From positions 160,001-224,000 of the forward strand of contig JBMFRC010000002.1 of NCBI GenBank assembly GCA_049968235.1: DNA of 64,000 nucleotides. Reading direction: 5' to 3'. This document shows positions 29,983 through 39,997 of the stretch, piece by piece; position 1 is the stretch's first letter; every line of letters begins with the position of its first letter. The notes under the pieces are model-generated. The model saw only the letters and a list, made by a program, of their open reading frames with translations, was not told the DNA's origin and searched no databases. The stretch comes from Candidatus Hydrogenedens sp. GTDB lineage: Bacteria > Hydrogenedentota > Hydrogenedentia > Hydrogenedentales > Hydrogenedentaceae. Both the position numbers and the translations under genes were made by a program.

Positions 29983-32145
29983 ATGAACTCATCTAAAACG
30001 GAATTATCACACAAAAATCAAAGACAGTCTTGTTTTTCTGCTGTTGATAGTTCCTTACTTTTGTTTATTCTGCTTTTAGGTTTTTTTCTGAGGAGTTATC
30101 GCATTGATTCACTCTCTTTATGGATCGATGAGTTTGTTACTACATATAAACTGTATCTTTCACCATCATTTGACGAATTTTTATCTTTTTTCAATGTCTA
30201 TCAGTCCGACCAAATTCCATTATCACATCTGATTTACTATTCGATATTTCGTTTGTTTTCGATACCTCTCGCGAATATTGAAATACTTCGCTGGGTCTCT
30301 GTGCTTATCGGAGTAATAAATCTTATCCTGTTCTTTATATTTGTAAAACTATCCTTAGGTCTGCGAACTGCTTTACTTGCAACTCTTTTGCTTGCTCTCT
30401 CTCCATTTCACATTTTATTTGCACAGATGATAAGACCATATATCTTTTATGAGTTTGCAGGATTGTGTTCATTGGTATCAACAATCTTACTTTACAAAAA
30501 ACTTTCCTGGTTTCGCGGATGGCTATGGTTGTTATCTAATACTTTCCTGTTTATTTCACATTACACCGGGATTTTATTAATTCTCATTGAAATATTTTTT
30601 ATATCCTTGCAATTTGTAAAATGCAAAAGGGTTCTCTTCTTATTATTTCCTATTTTATTATTCGGGATTATTACCTGTATTATCTCTTTATTTACAACAA
30701 ATTCGATACCCATATATACAAAAGCAGACGACTTCATTATGGGTATTCCATCGGTTTACAAATGGCTAACCGATTTATTTGCTGACGATGCTATTCTTAC
30801 TAACGAACCTTTTTTTTATCAGGGGCAGACGAGTTCTGTTATTTCTTCTTATTGGCTTAACGAAATTATAGGTTTACACTTATGGTTCGATACGCTCCTT
30901 ATCATTTTTTCCTTTTTTTCAATTATTTATGTGTTACTTGATTTATATTCGAAATGGAAAGATGTATGCGACAAAAAAGAACAAGCGTCATCCTTTTATT
31001 TTTTTCCTATATGGCTAATAACATCACAACCGATTATTCCTTTTCTATTAACTGTGGTCATAGCACCTATTCTTCTTCTGACTTTCCTGTCTTTTCTTAT
31101 TTGGCCCTGTATGCAAACAAGATATACCCTTTACTGTTCATTTGCGATGTATCCACTTATTGCTTATGCTATCGTAAATATCAAACATAGCAAAATTAGG
31201 CAAATATTAGTAGCATGGCTTTTAATTGCCTTTTGTTATCAGACGTTTGTTTCTGCACTTTCTCAAAAAACAACAGATTTTAAGACCGCTGGAAAGATTA
31301 TTTCTCAACGTAGCAAACCTAATGAACCAATACTTACATGGGGAATCTTTTATATTTCTACACCAGTAACTAATGAAATGCTTGCATACTATACAGAAGT
31401 CCCAACTGAAAATATAATACCTGTCTATAGTTTCCCTGATACAATAAACTGTCTCAAAAAACTTTTTTGGGAGAGAAAAAAAGAAACCGCATGGTTGGTA
31501 ATAGAACCGTATGTTTTTCATTTCCCTGATGAAAATTTTATAGAAATGTATTTTTATAAAGCAGGGATAAAATTTGAAAAGACCTTTTTGCCGGGAATGA
31601 ATGGTCTCTGGTTATACCATTTGAGCAAAGATACAAATTCTTTTAGTGAAATGATTGATATTCCTGAATATATCGATTACAATCCATTTATTGAGGTTTT
31701 GAAGAAAGTAAACGCCCCTGATAACATTCTGGAAGAAGCCCAGCATGAATTAAAAAACCACATTGATTTTTATCATCCACCTACCCCAATGATTTGGAAT
31801 TATATTGCATGGTCTGCCCTTGATAGGAACAAACCTGAACTTGCAGAATGGTTTGCCAGATGTGCAATATACCTTCAACCGCAGACACCCTGGGGCTATC
31901 ATTCTCTCGCTATCAGTCAAATGGAACAAAATCATGTACAAGAAGCCCTGAATACAATGCAACAATGCTTTGAAAGAGACACAACAGGTATTCATAAAAG
32001 GCATTATCACCCTCTTATTCATGCCATATACATAGACAAAGATATTAATCATGCAAAACAATTGATAAAGGAATTAGAGGGAAAAGGTGGTTTTGTCAAC
32101 CCAATTTATAAAAAAAGGGCAGGAATCATAAATATGCTTAATTAA
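29983..32145 (+). CDS. Polytopic membrane glycosyltransferase, GT39/GT83 (PMT/ArnT)-like, with a C-terminal TPR-like domain
   Basis: More than 10 predicted TM helices in the N-terminal 430 aa, with a conserved early loop (IDEFVT) and a soluble helical C-terminal domain. ATG at 29983; the TTG track start is rejected. Confidence 0.6.
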   Translation: MNSSKTELSHKNQRQSCFSAVDSSLLLFILLLGFFLRSYRIDSLSLWIDEFVTTYKLYLSPSFDEFLSFFNVYQSDQIPLSHLIYYSIFRLFSIPLANIEILRWVSVLIGVINLILFFIFVKLSLGLRTALLATLLLALSPFHILFAQMIRPYIFYEFAGLCSLVSTILLYKKLSWFRGWLWLLSNTFLFISHYTGILLILIEIFFISLQFVKCKRVLFLLFPILLFGIITCIISLFTTNSIPIYTKADDFIMGIPSVYKWLTDLFADDAILTNEPFFYQGQTSSVISSYWLNEIIGLHLWFDTLLIIFSFFSIIYVLLDLYSKWKDVCDKKEQASSFYFFPIWLITSQPIIPFLLTVVIAPILLLTFLSFLIWPCMQTRYTLYCSFAMYPLIAYAIVNIKHSKIRQILVAWLLIAFCYQTFVSALSQKTTDFKTAGKIISQRSKPNEPILTWGIFYISTPVTNEMLAYYTEVPTENIIPVYSFPDTINCLKKLFWERKKETAWLVIEPYVFHFPDENFIEMYFYKAGIKFEKTFLPGMNGLWLYHLSKDTNSFSEMIDIPEYIDYNPFIEVLKKVNAPDNILEEAQHELKNHIDFYHPPTPMIWNYIAWSALDRNKPELAEWFARCAIYLQPQTPWGYHSLAISQMEQNHVQEALNTMQQCFERDTTGIHKRHYHPLIHAIYIDKDINHAKQLIKELEGKGGFVNPIYKKRAGIINMLN

Positions 32146-32159
32146 CAAAGGATAAGTCT

Positions 32160-33617
32160 ATGAAAAAATATTGGGTAATCTTATTGGTTTTTTATGTAAT
32201 TATCCAGATTACTACTCAAGCACAGATGATGACAAAAGTGGAAACTGTTCCGACAATAGAATTTGCGACCTCTATCCTCAATTTTGGTGCCATTGGGGAT
32301 GGAAAAACCTTAAATACGCAATTCATTCAAAACGCCATTAATACGGTATCGGGACAAGGAGGAGGAGTCGTACTTATCCCCGCAGGAAGATTTCTAACAG
32401 GAACAATTGTATTGAAGAACGGCGTGTTTCTCTATCTCAGTCCCGGAAGTGTACTAATAAGTAGCACAAATATTGAAGATTTTCCCGAAATGATACCCGA
32501 ATACCGTTCTTATACCGACAATTATTCGCAACGTTCACTCATCTTCGCAGAAAAACAAAAAAATATTGGTATTGTCGGTTATGGGAAAATCTATGGACAG
32601 GGAGAACAATTTAAAGAAGATGAAAATAGAATATACAAATTTCGACCTTACCTCGTTCGATTTGTTGAATGCAAAGATGTGAATTTAGAAGGAATAACAT
32701 TTGAAAATGGTGCTATGTGGACTATTCATTTGCTCGCGAATGAAAATGTTCACTGTTCGAATATAAAAATTAACAGTCGTTGCAACCGTAATAATGATGG
32801 TATTGATATTGATTCCTGCGAAAATGTCATTGTTAGCGATTGCCATATTGTTTCTGGCGATGATTCCATTGTTCTCAAAAGCACATCACCCAAACCATGT
32901 AAAAATATAACCATTACAAATTGTATTTTAAGTTCCTTATGCAATGCCTTAAAAATGGGAACAGAATCGAATGGCGGTTTCCAGAATATTTCAATTAGTA
33001 ATTGCACTATTTATGATACCCGTATATCCGGTGTAACAATTCAAACCGTAGATGGAGGAACAACTGAGAACATCGTTGTCAATAACATTTCCATGAAAAA
33101 TGTATCCAATCCTATTTTCATTCGTTTAGGGAACCGTGTACGACCTTGTTGTCCCGAAAAACCTGTTACATCTGTGGGAACAATGAAAAAAATAATCCTT
33201 ACAAATATAATTGCGACAGGTGCTGATTCTATCGGTTGTCCTATTTCAGGACTACCAAATCATTATATTGAGGAAATCACCTTCCGTGATATAAATCTCT
33301 CATTCCAAGGAGAAGTAGAAAATCAAATAGATATTCCAGAGGAAAAAGAGGATGCATATCCGGAGTACAGGATGTTCGGAACATTACCCGCTTATGGCTT
33401 TTTTATAAGGCATGTCAAGAATATCATTATGGAAAATATTACCATCCATAAAGATGATAAAGATATTCGCCCATCTCTTTTTTTAACAGATGTACAGACA
33501 CCTATTATATCCAATATCTATATATTTGATAATAATAAAAAAGAAAAACATATCTTCTCAGAAAACACATCCAACATTACCTTGAAGGATATATACCTGA
33601 ATGGTAAAGTAAAATAA
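32160..33617 (+). CDS. Glycoside hydrolase family 28 (polygalacturonase-like), secreted
   Basis: Signal peptide, N-terminal GAIGDGKT, and beta-helix repeats carrying GH28 catalytic-region-like NDGIDIDSCENV and GDDSIVLKS. Confidence 0.8.
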   Translation: MKKYWVILLVFYVIIQITTQAQMMTKVETVPTIEFATSILNFGAIGDGKTLNTQFIQNAINTVSGQGGGVVLIPAGRFLTGTIVLKNGVFLYLSPGSVLISSTNIEDFPEMIPEYRSYTDNYSQRSLIFAEKQKNIGIVGYGKIYGQGEQFKEDENRIYKFRPYLVRFVECKDVNLEGITFENGAMWTIHLLANENVHCSNIKINSRCNRNNDGIDIDSCENVIVSDCHIVSGDDSIVLKSTSPKPCKNITITNCILSSLCNALKMGTESNGGFQNISISNCTIYDTRISGVTIQTVDGGTTENIVVNNISMKNVSNPIFIRLGNRVRPCCPEKPVTSVGTMKKIILTNIIATGADSIGCPISGLPNHYIEEITFRDINLSFQGEVENQIDIPEEKEDAYPEYRMFGTLPAYGFFIRHVKNIIMENITIHKDDKDIRPSLFLTDVQTPIISNIYIFDNNKKEKHIFSENTSNITLKDIYLNGKVK

Positions 33618-34150
33618 TTGTTATATTTGGTAGCCAATTCCCATAGTGTCAAATAAAACAAAAATTAATACTTACATATACCGCATCAAACACACCTATA
33701 CTTACAATTTTAAATACGGACTATGTAAATAATCACGAATAAAAATGAAGTTTAAAACGTAAATAATTTTGTCATCTCCGTGTTTTCTATGTGAAACAAT
33801 ATTTGCATGTAAAGTGCATAGAATACATAGAGACTGAAGAAAAATAATGGAGAAAAAAATTATTATTAAAGAACAAATTTTAATTATTTAGGGGGAGATT
33901 CCTGTCTCTGTAATATAGAATACTAATATGGGGGTGAAATATTTTTCGTCCTACAAATTATCTCAACTCTATGTAGGAATTCCTTTGAACCTTAGAGACG
34001 AATCTTATATTCGATATTAAAGTAAATAATTAATTGCTACTACAAAGATAACTTAAAATAAGCATAAATAGTCTCATTTATTTTCTTCCTCTCATTGGTT
34101 TCATTCGTCAACAACAATACAATATCAACTCTTTCAAATTTAAAACAGTG

Positions 34151-34178
34151 GGGGACTTATCCAAAAGGATAAGTCCCC
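34151..34178 (-). terminator. Intrinsic terminator downstream of the giant surface-protein gene
   Basis: Perfect 12-bp inverted repeat (GGGGACTTATCC / GGATAAGTCCCC) with a 4-nt loop, 44 nt after the stop. On the minus strand a T-tract (TGTTTTA) follows. Confidence 0.55.
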
Positions 34179-34221
34179 TTGTGTAAAATGCTACCTCGTC
34201 ACATTCGAGGATATTTTTTGA

Positions 34222-37200
34222 TTACTGTTGTCGACGACGCAGAGTAAAAACACCTGCCAAAGCACTTAAAGCAGTTATTATACCAAGACCGAATACACCT
34301 GTAACTGGAATACCCGTTTCCTCGGTAAGCATTGCCACATTGCTGTATATCATATCAAGATAGTCGTCATTTATTAAACAGCGATATTGTCCGCCATCAC
34401 CCTCTTCAAATGGAGTAAATACCAATGTATTGGTATTTGTACCGGAGATATTCCCGATATCTGTTAAATTCTCCCATGCTTTGCCTTCTGTTTGTTTCTG
34501 CCACTGATAGTGAAGGGTTCCAATACCACCTGTTGCAAGCACAGTCATGGAATAATTTTGTCCCATCACTACAGATGAATCAAAAATATCTCCTGTAATT
34601 GTAATGTGGTTTGCAATCCTCACAGTCGCAGTGCCGGATAAATGTACCGATTCGACATCTGTTAATTCAGCATGGTAACCATAGGTTCCTGGCGATAAAG
34701 CCGATGGATCAACTACCAATTCGATGGTATTCATTCCAGATTCAAGGACACCGCTATTCACAATATCTGAATTGCGATACCACAGATATGTGTCATATCC
34801 GGGAATGAAGATACCACCTGTGAATGTAACACTCAGTTCGAAGGTATTACCATCGGTGTAAGCATCTACATCGTAAGGATGTTCGACAATTTGCAGTAAG
34901 TTGCCAACATATACAGTTCTCTCTTTGGATTCACCTGAATTACCACTTCCATCTTTCGGCGTGTAGGTTAATAAATATGAACCCGGTGTGTTTACATCTA
35001 CAACTCCATTGATTTCTACCAGGTCGGTTACATCGCCCCAGCAATAATCTTCAGCGGTGTAGCCCGGGTCAACCCACGGTTCGCCTAACTGCCAGGCTAA
35101 CAATACCGGTCCTTCCATTGTTAATACTGGCAGGTCGTTATCTACTACATTAACTGTTCGATACTCAGTTGTAGTCATCGGATATTCAAGGTCATGGTCT
35201 GTTACTTTGTATTCAATGATGTAGGTTCCCGGCGTAAACGTGTCAACGTCGCCAGTTACGATTACTTCTGATGTTAAATCGCCATCCTCTACATCTGTTG
35301 CGGTATAGCCAGGTTCGTTGTATGGTTCTTTGCAACTTAGTGTCATTGGATTATCACCTAATAGGGTGATTTCAGGTGGATAATTGCGAATGACATGAAT
35401 TGTCCGTGTCTTTTGTATGGCAGAATTGCCACTACTATCAGTGTAATCATAGGTAATCACATAGTCACCTAAATCACTTTCCTGTAGAGGACAATTCGTT
35501 GGGGCTGTGTCCCCACCGATAATAGCGGGACCGGTTCCATCACATGCATCTGCCCATACCGCACCTTCTTCCGTGTAGCAATCCACCATAATTTTCAGCC
35601 ATATTTCTTCATTACCTGTTACGGTTATTACCGGTGCAGTTACATCACGCACGGTTACCGTTGCTGAAGCGGAGGCAGAATTTCCATTTACATCGTAAAC
35701 AGTCAGGTTTACAATATTACCGCCCAGGTCGGCACAGGTAAAGGAAGCCTTGTCTAATTCAAGATGGTCAATACCACAATTATCGGAACTACCATTGTCC
35801 ACATCTACGGGGACAATACTTGCATTACCGTCCGCATCCAAATCTATTGTGATGTTCTTTGTAATCACTGTTGGAGGCATATTATCTTCAACTGTAACAG
35901 TAGCGGTATCAGAAGAACTGTTGCCAGCTGGGTCATAAACGGTCAGGGTTACAACATGAGAACCGATGTCTCCACAATTAAAGGTATTTGGAGTAACTTC
36001 CATGTGGTCTATTGGACAGTTGTCATAACTGCCATCATCCACATCTGAAGGAAGCACTGTTAACTGACCGGAAGCATTAAGATAGAGTGTTACATCCTTT
36101 GTATTTACCATTGGAGCAATATTATCCTGCACGGTTATAGTTGCCGGTGCAGTTCCAATATTACCATTCACATCATAAACGACCAGGTCAACCACAGCAG
36201 TGCCTAAATCAGCACATGTCAGTGTTGATGGGTCTACTTCCATGTGGTCAATACTACAGTTATCGGAACTACCGTTGTCTATATCATCAGGAAGTATTGT
36301 TACCTGTCCGGAATTGTCCAATTGAACTGTAATATCCTGTGTTACCACATTGGGCGGTATAGAATCCTGCACTATAACTAATGCAGGGGCGGAATTACTA
36401 TTGCCATTTACATCTGTAACAGTTAGATTTACTAACACCGAAGGAACATCTGCACATGTAAATGTGCTTTTATCCAGAGACATGTTAGCAATACCACAGT
36501 TATCTGAACTACCATTGTTTACATCTGCCGGAACAATAGATGCATTTCCAGTCGCATCCAATTGTACTGTTATTTGCTTGGTAATAACTGTCGGAGGCAA
36601 GTTATCCTGCACGGTTACATTGCCAACACATTGGTCAGAATTCCCTGCTGGGTCAGTCGCAGTTAATGTTACAGGAATCGTTGAGCCTGCGTCGGTACAT
36701 GTGAATGTTGTTGGAGGTATTGATAAGTTAACAGAGCAATTGTCTGACGAACCGTTATTAATTTCACCAGCATTTAATGTATATGTTCCCAAATTGTTCA
36801 GATACACTGTTATATCTTTGCATACTGCTGTCGGTGCAATGGGGTCATTTACGGTCACTGTTGCATTGCATTCTGCCCAGCGTCCTGTGTTTTCTATTAA
36901 CCGTACCGTAATAGTTGTGGATGGATACATACTGCAATCGAAGTTAACTTTGTCCAAACCGCTGACTTTAACACGCCATAGTCCGCCGGGAACGATGCTA
37001 TTAACTAAATCTGCAAAGTTCACAGCTGGTGCGGATGCATTTCCGGTGTTATCTAACGATACGGACTGGTCATTTCTGCACACTGCAGTCATAGGAAGTG
37101 TTACAGTTTCATAGGCACCACGGTCATTTCCAGCATTTTGGGGGCGTGAAATCATTCGTATATCTGTTGATAATGTTGGGTACGGAGTTGAACCTGCATC

Positions 37201-38289
37201 AATAAATGGTGAAACAGGTTGTAATTCGAACTCTGGAGGAGCAGTTGCAAATAACGGGTCTTGATTTTGGAGTATATTTGTGTTCACAATTGCGGGCAAA
37301 CCACAGCCCGGAGGTGCGCCACCACTGCATACCACTTCTAAGCACGAAGCCATTGCAGGTGTGTTATTCCAGAAAATACAACTATCAATTTTACTTGCAT
37401 TTGTTGTGTTAAAACCGAAAAATCCACCACTGTTTAATCCATATAAACCGCCCGTACTGGTATTTACCGTATTATCTACAAAAGTCGAGAATGCAATAGT
37501 AACATCCGCCTGGTTGGAAAAGAAAGCACCACCACCACGAATAGGGTTACTGCTTGTATCTAACTGACGCTTAGCGGAGTTCTGATAGAAAACGCAGTTT
37601 TGAATTGTGAGTTGGGGAACAATAGCACCGTTTCGTTCATTGGCTATAGCACCACCAGAAACAGCTGCCACATTATCAATGAAGGTGCAGTTTACTACAA
37701 TTACCTGTCCTGCCCAGTTGAACAACCCACCACCACGCCAGGTATGATAATCACCCGCAACCCCTGACGCATTACCCCCCGTAATTTGGAAGCCGTCAAT
37801 ACGAACGTTCAACATTGGGTCTGATTGTTTGCCTACCACTATCACATGGTAAGCCTGTAAACCACCGCGTGAACGAGAGCCATCAATGATAGTCTTTGCC
37901 AAACGAGGATTTCTCTGATTTACTGATGTTTCCTGGATACCCCAGTAACCTTCGAATCCACCATAAAGATGAACATTATCTTCAAGGATTAACGAGCCAT
38001 CCACGCTCGCAGGGAATCCCCATGGAATTGTCCTTATTTCATCATAGACATAGCCTCCACCACCAGGTCCTCCTGCTACCCATACATCGTCCCCTCCATA
38101 TGCAGTTGCAAGGTCAATACCTTCCTGAATCGTGTCGAACGCAGTTGCCCAGGACAAACCATCTTCGACCCCACCTGGTCGCGGTGCCATTTTGTCCACA
38201 TAGACCACAGATTGTGCTGGCATTGCAACAGCAATTAATATTGTTAACACCAGCATAATAAACATTGAGTCCAGCCTGTTTTTAATCAT
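34222..38289 (-). CDS. Giant cell-surface protein: beta-helix domain + 5 tandem HYR-like repeats + DUF5011-type Ig-like domains + C-terminal LPXTG-like anchor
   Basis: ATG at 38289 (MIKNRLDSMFIMLVLTILIAVAMPAQS signal) with an AAGGA Shine-Dalgarno; the track TTG at 38346 is rejected. Pectin-lyase-fold rungs occur at ~aa 150-330. Five exact 80-aa repeats carry NGSSDNC...FTC.D.G....V.LTV.D..GN. PxITLxG...YxEPGYTAxD Ig-like modules follow. The protein ends IPVTG-hydrophobic-RRRQQ. Confidence 0.8.
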   Translation of the reverse strand: MIKNRLDSMFIMLVLTILIAVAMPAQSVVYVDKMAPRPGGVEDGLSWATAFDTIQEGIDLATAYGGDDVWVAGGPGGGGYVYDEIRTIPWGFPASVDGSLILEDNVHLYGGFEGYWGIQETSVNQRNPRLAKTIIDGSRSRGGLQAYHVIVVGKQSDPMLNVRIDGFQITGGNASGVAGDYHTWRGGGLFNWAGQVIVVNCTFIDNVAAVSGGAIANERNGAIVPQLTIQNCVFYQNSAKRQLDTSSNPIRGGGAFFSNQADVTIAFSTFVDNTVNTSTGGLYGLNSGGFFGFNTTNASKIDSCIFWNNTPAMASCLEVVCSGGAPPGCGLPAIVNTNILQNQDPLFATAPPEFELQPVSPFIDAGSTPYPTLSTDIRMISRPQNAGNDRGAYETVTLPMTAVCRNDQSVSLDNTGNASAPAVNFADLVNSIVPGGLWRVKVSGLDKVNFDCSMYPSTTITVRLIENTGRWAECNATVTVNDPIAPTAVCKDITVYLNNLGTYTLNAGEINNGSSDNCSVNLSIPPTTFTCTDAGSTIPVTLTATDPAGNSDQCVGNVTVQDNLPPTVITKQITVQLDATGNASIVPADVNNGSSDNCGIANMSLDKSTFTCADVPSVLVNLTVTDVNGNSNSAPALVIVQDSIPPNVVTQDITVQLDNSGQVTILPDDIDNGSSDNCSIDHMEVDPSTLTCADLGTAVVDLVVYDVNGNIGTAPATITVQDNIAPMVNTKDVTLYLNASGQLTVLPSDVDDGSYDNCPIDHMEVTPNTFNCGDIGSHVVTLTVYDPAGNSSSDTATVTVEDNMPPTVITKNITIDLDADGNASIVPVDVDNGSSDNCGIDHLELDKASFTCADLGGNIVNLTVYDVNGNSASASATVTVRDVTAPVITVTGNEEIWLKIMVDCYTEEGAVWADACDGTGPAIIGGDTAPTNCPLQESDLGDYVITYDYTDSSGNSAIQKTRTIHVIRNYPPEITLLGDNPMTLSCKEPYNEPGYTATDVEDGDLTSEVIVTGDVDTFTPGTYIIEYKVTDHDLEYPMTTTEYRTVNVVDNDLPVLTMEGPVLLAWQLGEPWVDPGYTAEDYCWGDVTDLVEINGVVDVNTPGSYLLTYTPKDGSGNSGESKERTVYVGNLLQIVEHPYDVDAYTDGNTFELSVTFTGGIFIPGYDTYLWYRNSDIVNSGVLESGMNTIELVVDPSALSPGTYGYHAELTDVESVHLSGTATVRIANHITITGDIFDSSVVMGQNYSMTVLATGGIGTLHYQWQKQTEGKAWENLTDIGNISGTNTNTLVFTPFEEGDGGQYRCLINDDYLDMIYSNVAMLTEETGIPVTGVFGLGIITALSALAGVFTLRRRQQ
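35647..36846 (-). repeat. Five tandem 240-nt coding repeats (HYR-like domains) inside the giant gene
   Basis: DNA-level periodicity of exactly 240 nt, with recurring CCATGTGGTC.AT..ACAGTT.TC..AACT.CC blocks, corresponding to 80-aa protein repeats. Confidence 0.7.
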
Positions 38290-38682
38290 AATACAGATCC
38301 TTATTAATGTTATATAGATTAAAATGAGATAAAAAAGATGTACCAACCCAAAATGGACATCCCGATTTCCATGAGTAGATTTTTTGTCTAATTAGCCCTT
38401 CTACTTTTCCCCTCTTTGAGGAAATATCATTATATTTTTTTCTACTTTTCAATATACTTTACCTGCTAAAATTAGACATAAATAAATTTCTGCCTACATC
38501 AAACTATTAATAATAGTATAATATATTTTATTACAAAATAAGTGATTTGTCAAACAAATTTTTTGATAGTTATTATCAATATTTTGCAGAAGTTCATTCA
38601 GAATATTGCAAATTATTTCAGTCCAATATGTTATCCACATATTGTTTCCAATAATAGTATCTCTTTAACTTAATAAATTTAG

Positions 38683-39921
38683 TTAATGTTGTTCCAGCCA
38701 TACTTGTAACTTTTTTGACATAATATTTGAGATAAGTTGATGCCCTTTAGCCGTTGGATGTCCGTCAATAGGGAAAAATAATTTGGGGTTATCTTTCTGC
38801 TCACGGAATTCTTGTGTTAAGATAAAACAAGGTAATGATGCCCGTTCTGCAGAAAGTATAAAATGCTTATCTATATTTTCTGTTGTTAACATCTCGGGAG
38901 ATACTTCAAATTGTAATCGTTTCATATTTTCCCATGCATGCTGATTGACATAGAAACCCTGCGGAATGCTAACAACAACTGTTTCTGCCCCTGCCTTCTT
39001 TCCCATAGATGATATTTCCTCTAATATTTGAGTTAATTTTTCTATACAAGGCACAATGGCTGGGTTCGAACTGTCTTCCAGAGGGATGATAGTAATCTCC
39101 GGACTTTTAATTGCCACAGAAATAAGAAATGGATTAATTAGTCCATCAAGGAAAGCAGAACGAATTTCCTTATCCAGATTATTAAATCGTTTTCTTTCTT
39201 TTTCATTAAATTGCGATAATATTTCTCTTGCAGAATTGCGAGCAGATGCCTGATTTTTCTCTGCATTCGTAAATAAAGCAGGCTTTCTTTTTGTACTTTC
39301 TATCAGATATTTTTGCGTTAAAAATTTTCGAACACTTTTGCTTATGTTTGGGAAAAGATAATTTAAAATATTATAAATAACATTATCTTTTGTGCTTTTT
39401 ATTTCCGAACTACAAACTGCCAGTAAATCATCTCCTTGTAATAGCGCTATCATGATAAGGTCTGGCTCCAATATAGGAATTGCCACTTTCGCTAATTCGA
39501 GGTAAAATAACGGGTCTGCACCTGGCTTACCCAAATTAACCGTCTCAACAGTTTTCCCTTCTATTTTAATTTGATGTTCCAGATGACGCACCCAGGTATC
39601 TGTAATATTTACACCCCAACCATAGGTATAAGAGTCGCCAAACACAAGTATTCGATAAGTATTTTTGTCTTTGGGAATATGTATCTCTTTATCACGGATA
39701 CCGATGGAATTGATACTTACTCGATAGCGAAAATCCGTTGAAACAAATTCCTCATTGGAATATCTTGGGAAAATCAAAGATATACCCTGTGTCAAATAAT
39801 AATTATCTGAGAAACTCAACAAATCATCAATAAAATGAATGGCAATGAGTACAAGAGAAACAGAAATGAATAAAAGACAAAACTCTTTCCATCCAAATCG
39901 GATTTTTTCTTTCTTTTCCAT
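38683..39921 (-). CDS. SGNH/GDSL hydrolase family protein, membrane-anchored
   Basis: N-terminal TM helix and a GDS(Y) block (LVFGDSYTYGWG). Confidence 0.65.
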   Translation of the reverse strand: MEKKEKIRFGWKEFCLLFISVSLVLIAIHFIDDLLSFSDNYYLTQGISLIFPRYSNEEFVSTDFRYRVSINSIGIRDKEIHIPKDKNTYRILVFGDSYTYGWGVNITDTWVRHLEHQIKIEGKTVETVNLGKPGADPLFYLELAKVAIPILEPDLIMIALLQGDDLLAVCSSEIKSTKDNVIYNILNYLFPNISKSVRKFLTQKYLIESTKRKPALFTNAEKNQASARNSAREILSQFNEKERKRFNNLDKEIRSAFLDGLINPFLISVAIKSPEITIIPLEDSSNPAIVPCIEKLTQILEEISSMGKKAGAETVVVSIPQGFYVNQHAWENMKRLQFEVSPEMLTTENIDKHFILSAERASLPCFILTQEFREQKDNPKLFFPIDGHPTAKGHQLISNIMSKKLQVWLEQH

Positions 39922-39997
39922 TTATATAACCTTGTGATTTATATCAATTCCGATAAGCCCGATATATCTAAATTTTCAGTTCTGTCTGACTTCAATT

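Noticed and set aside
35647-36846. Regular 240-nt tandem repeats that could superficially suggest a CRISPR-like or satellite array.
   Set aside because: The repeats are in frame within a long CDS and encode HYR-like protein domains. There are no short direct repeats with unique spacers anywhere in the window.
36350-37114. A 254-aa plus-strand ORF, and several 60-120 aa ORFs, inside the giant minus-strand gene. Similar small antisense ORFs lie inside rpoD, dnaG, the GlpA fusion and others.
   Set aside because: These are shadow ORFs on the opposite strand of well-supported genes. The one at 36350 lies in low-complexity repeat sequence, and none has an RBS or recognisable motifs.
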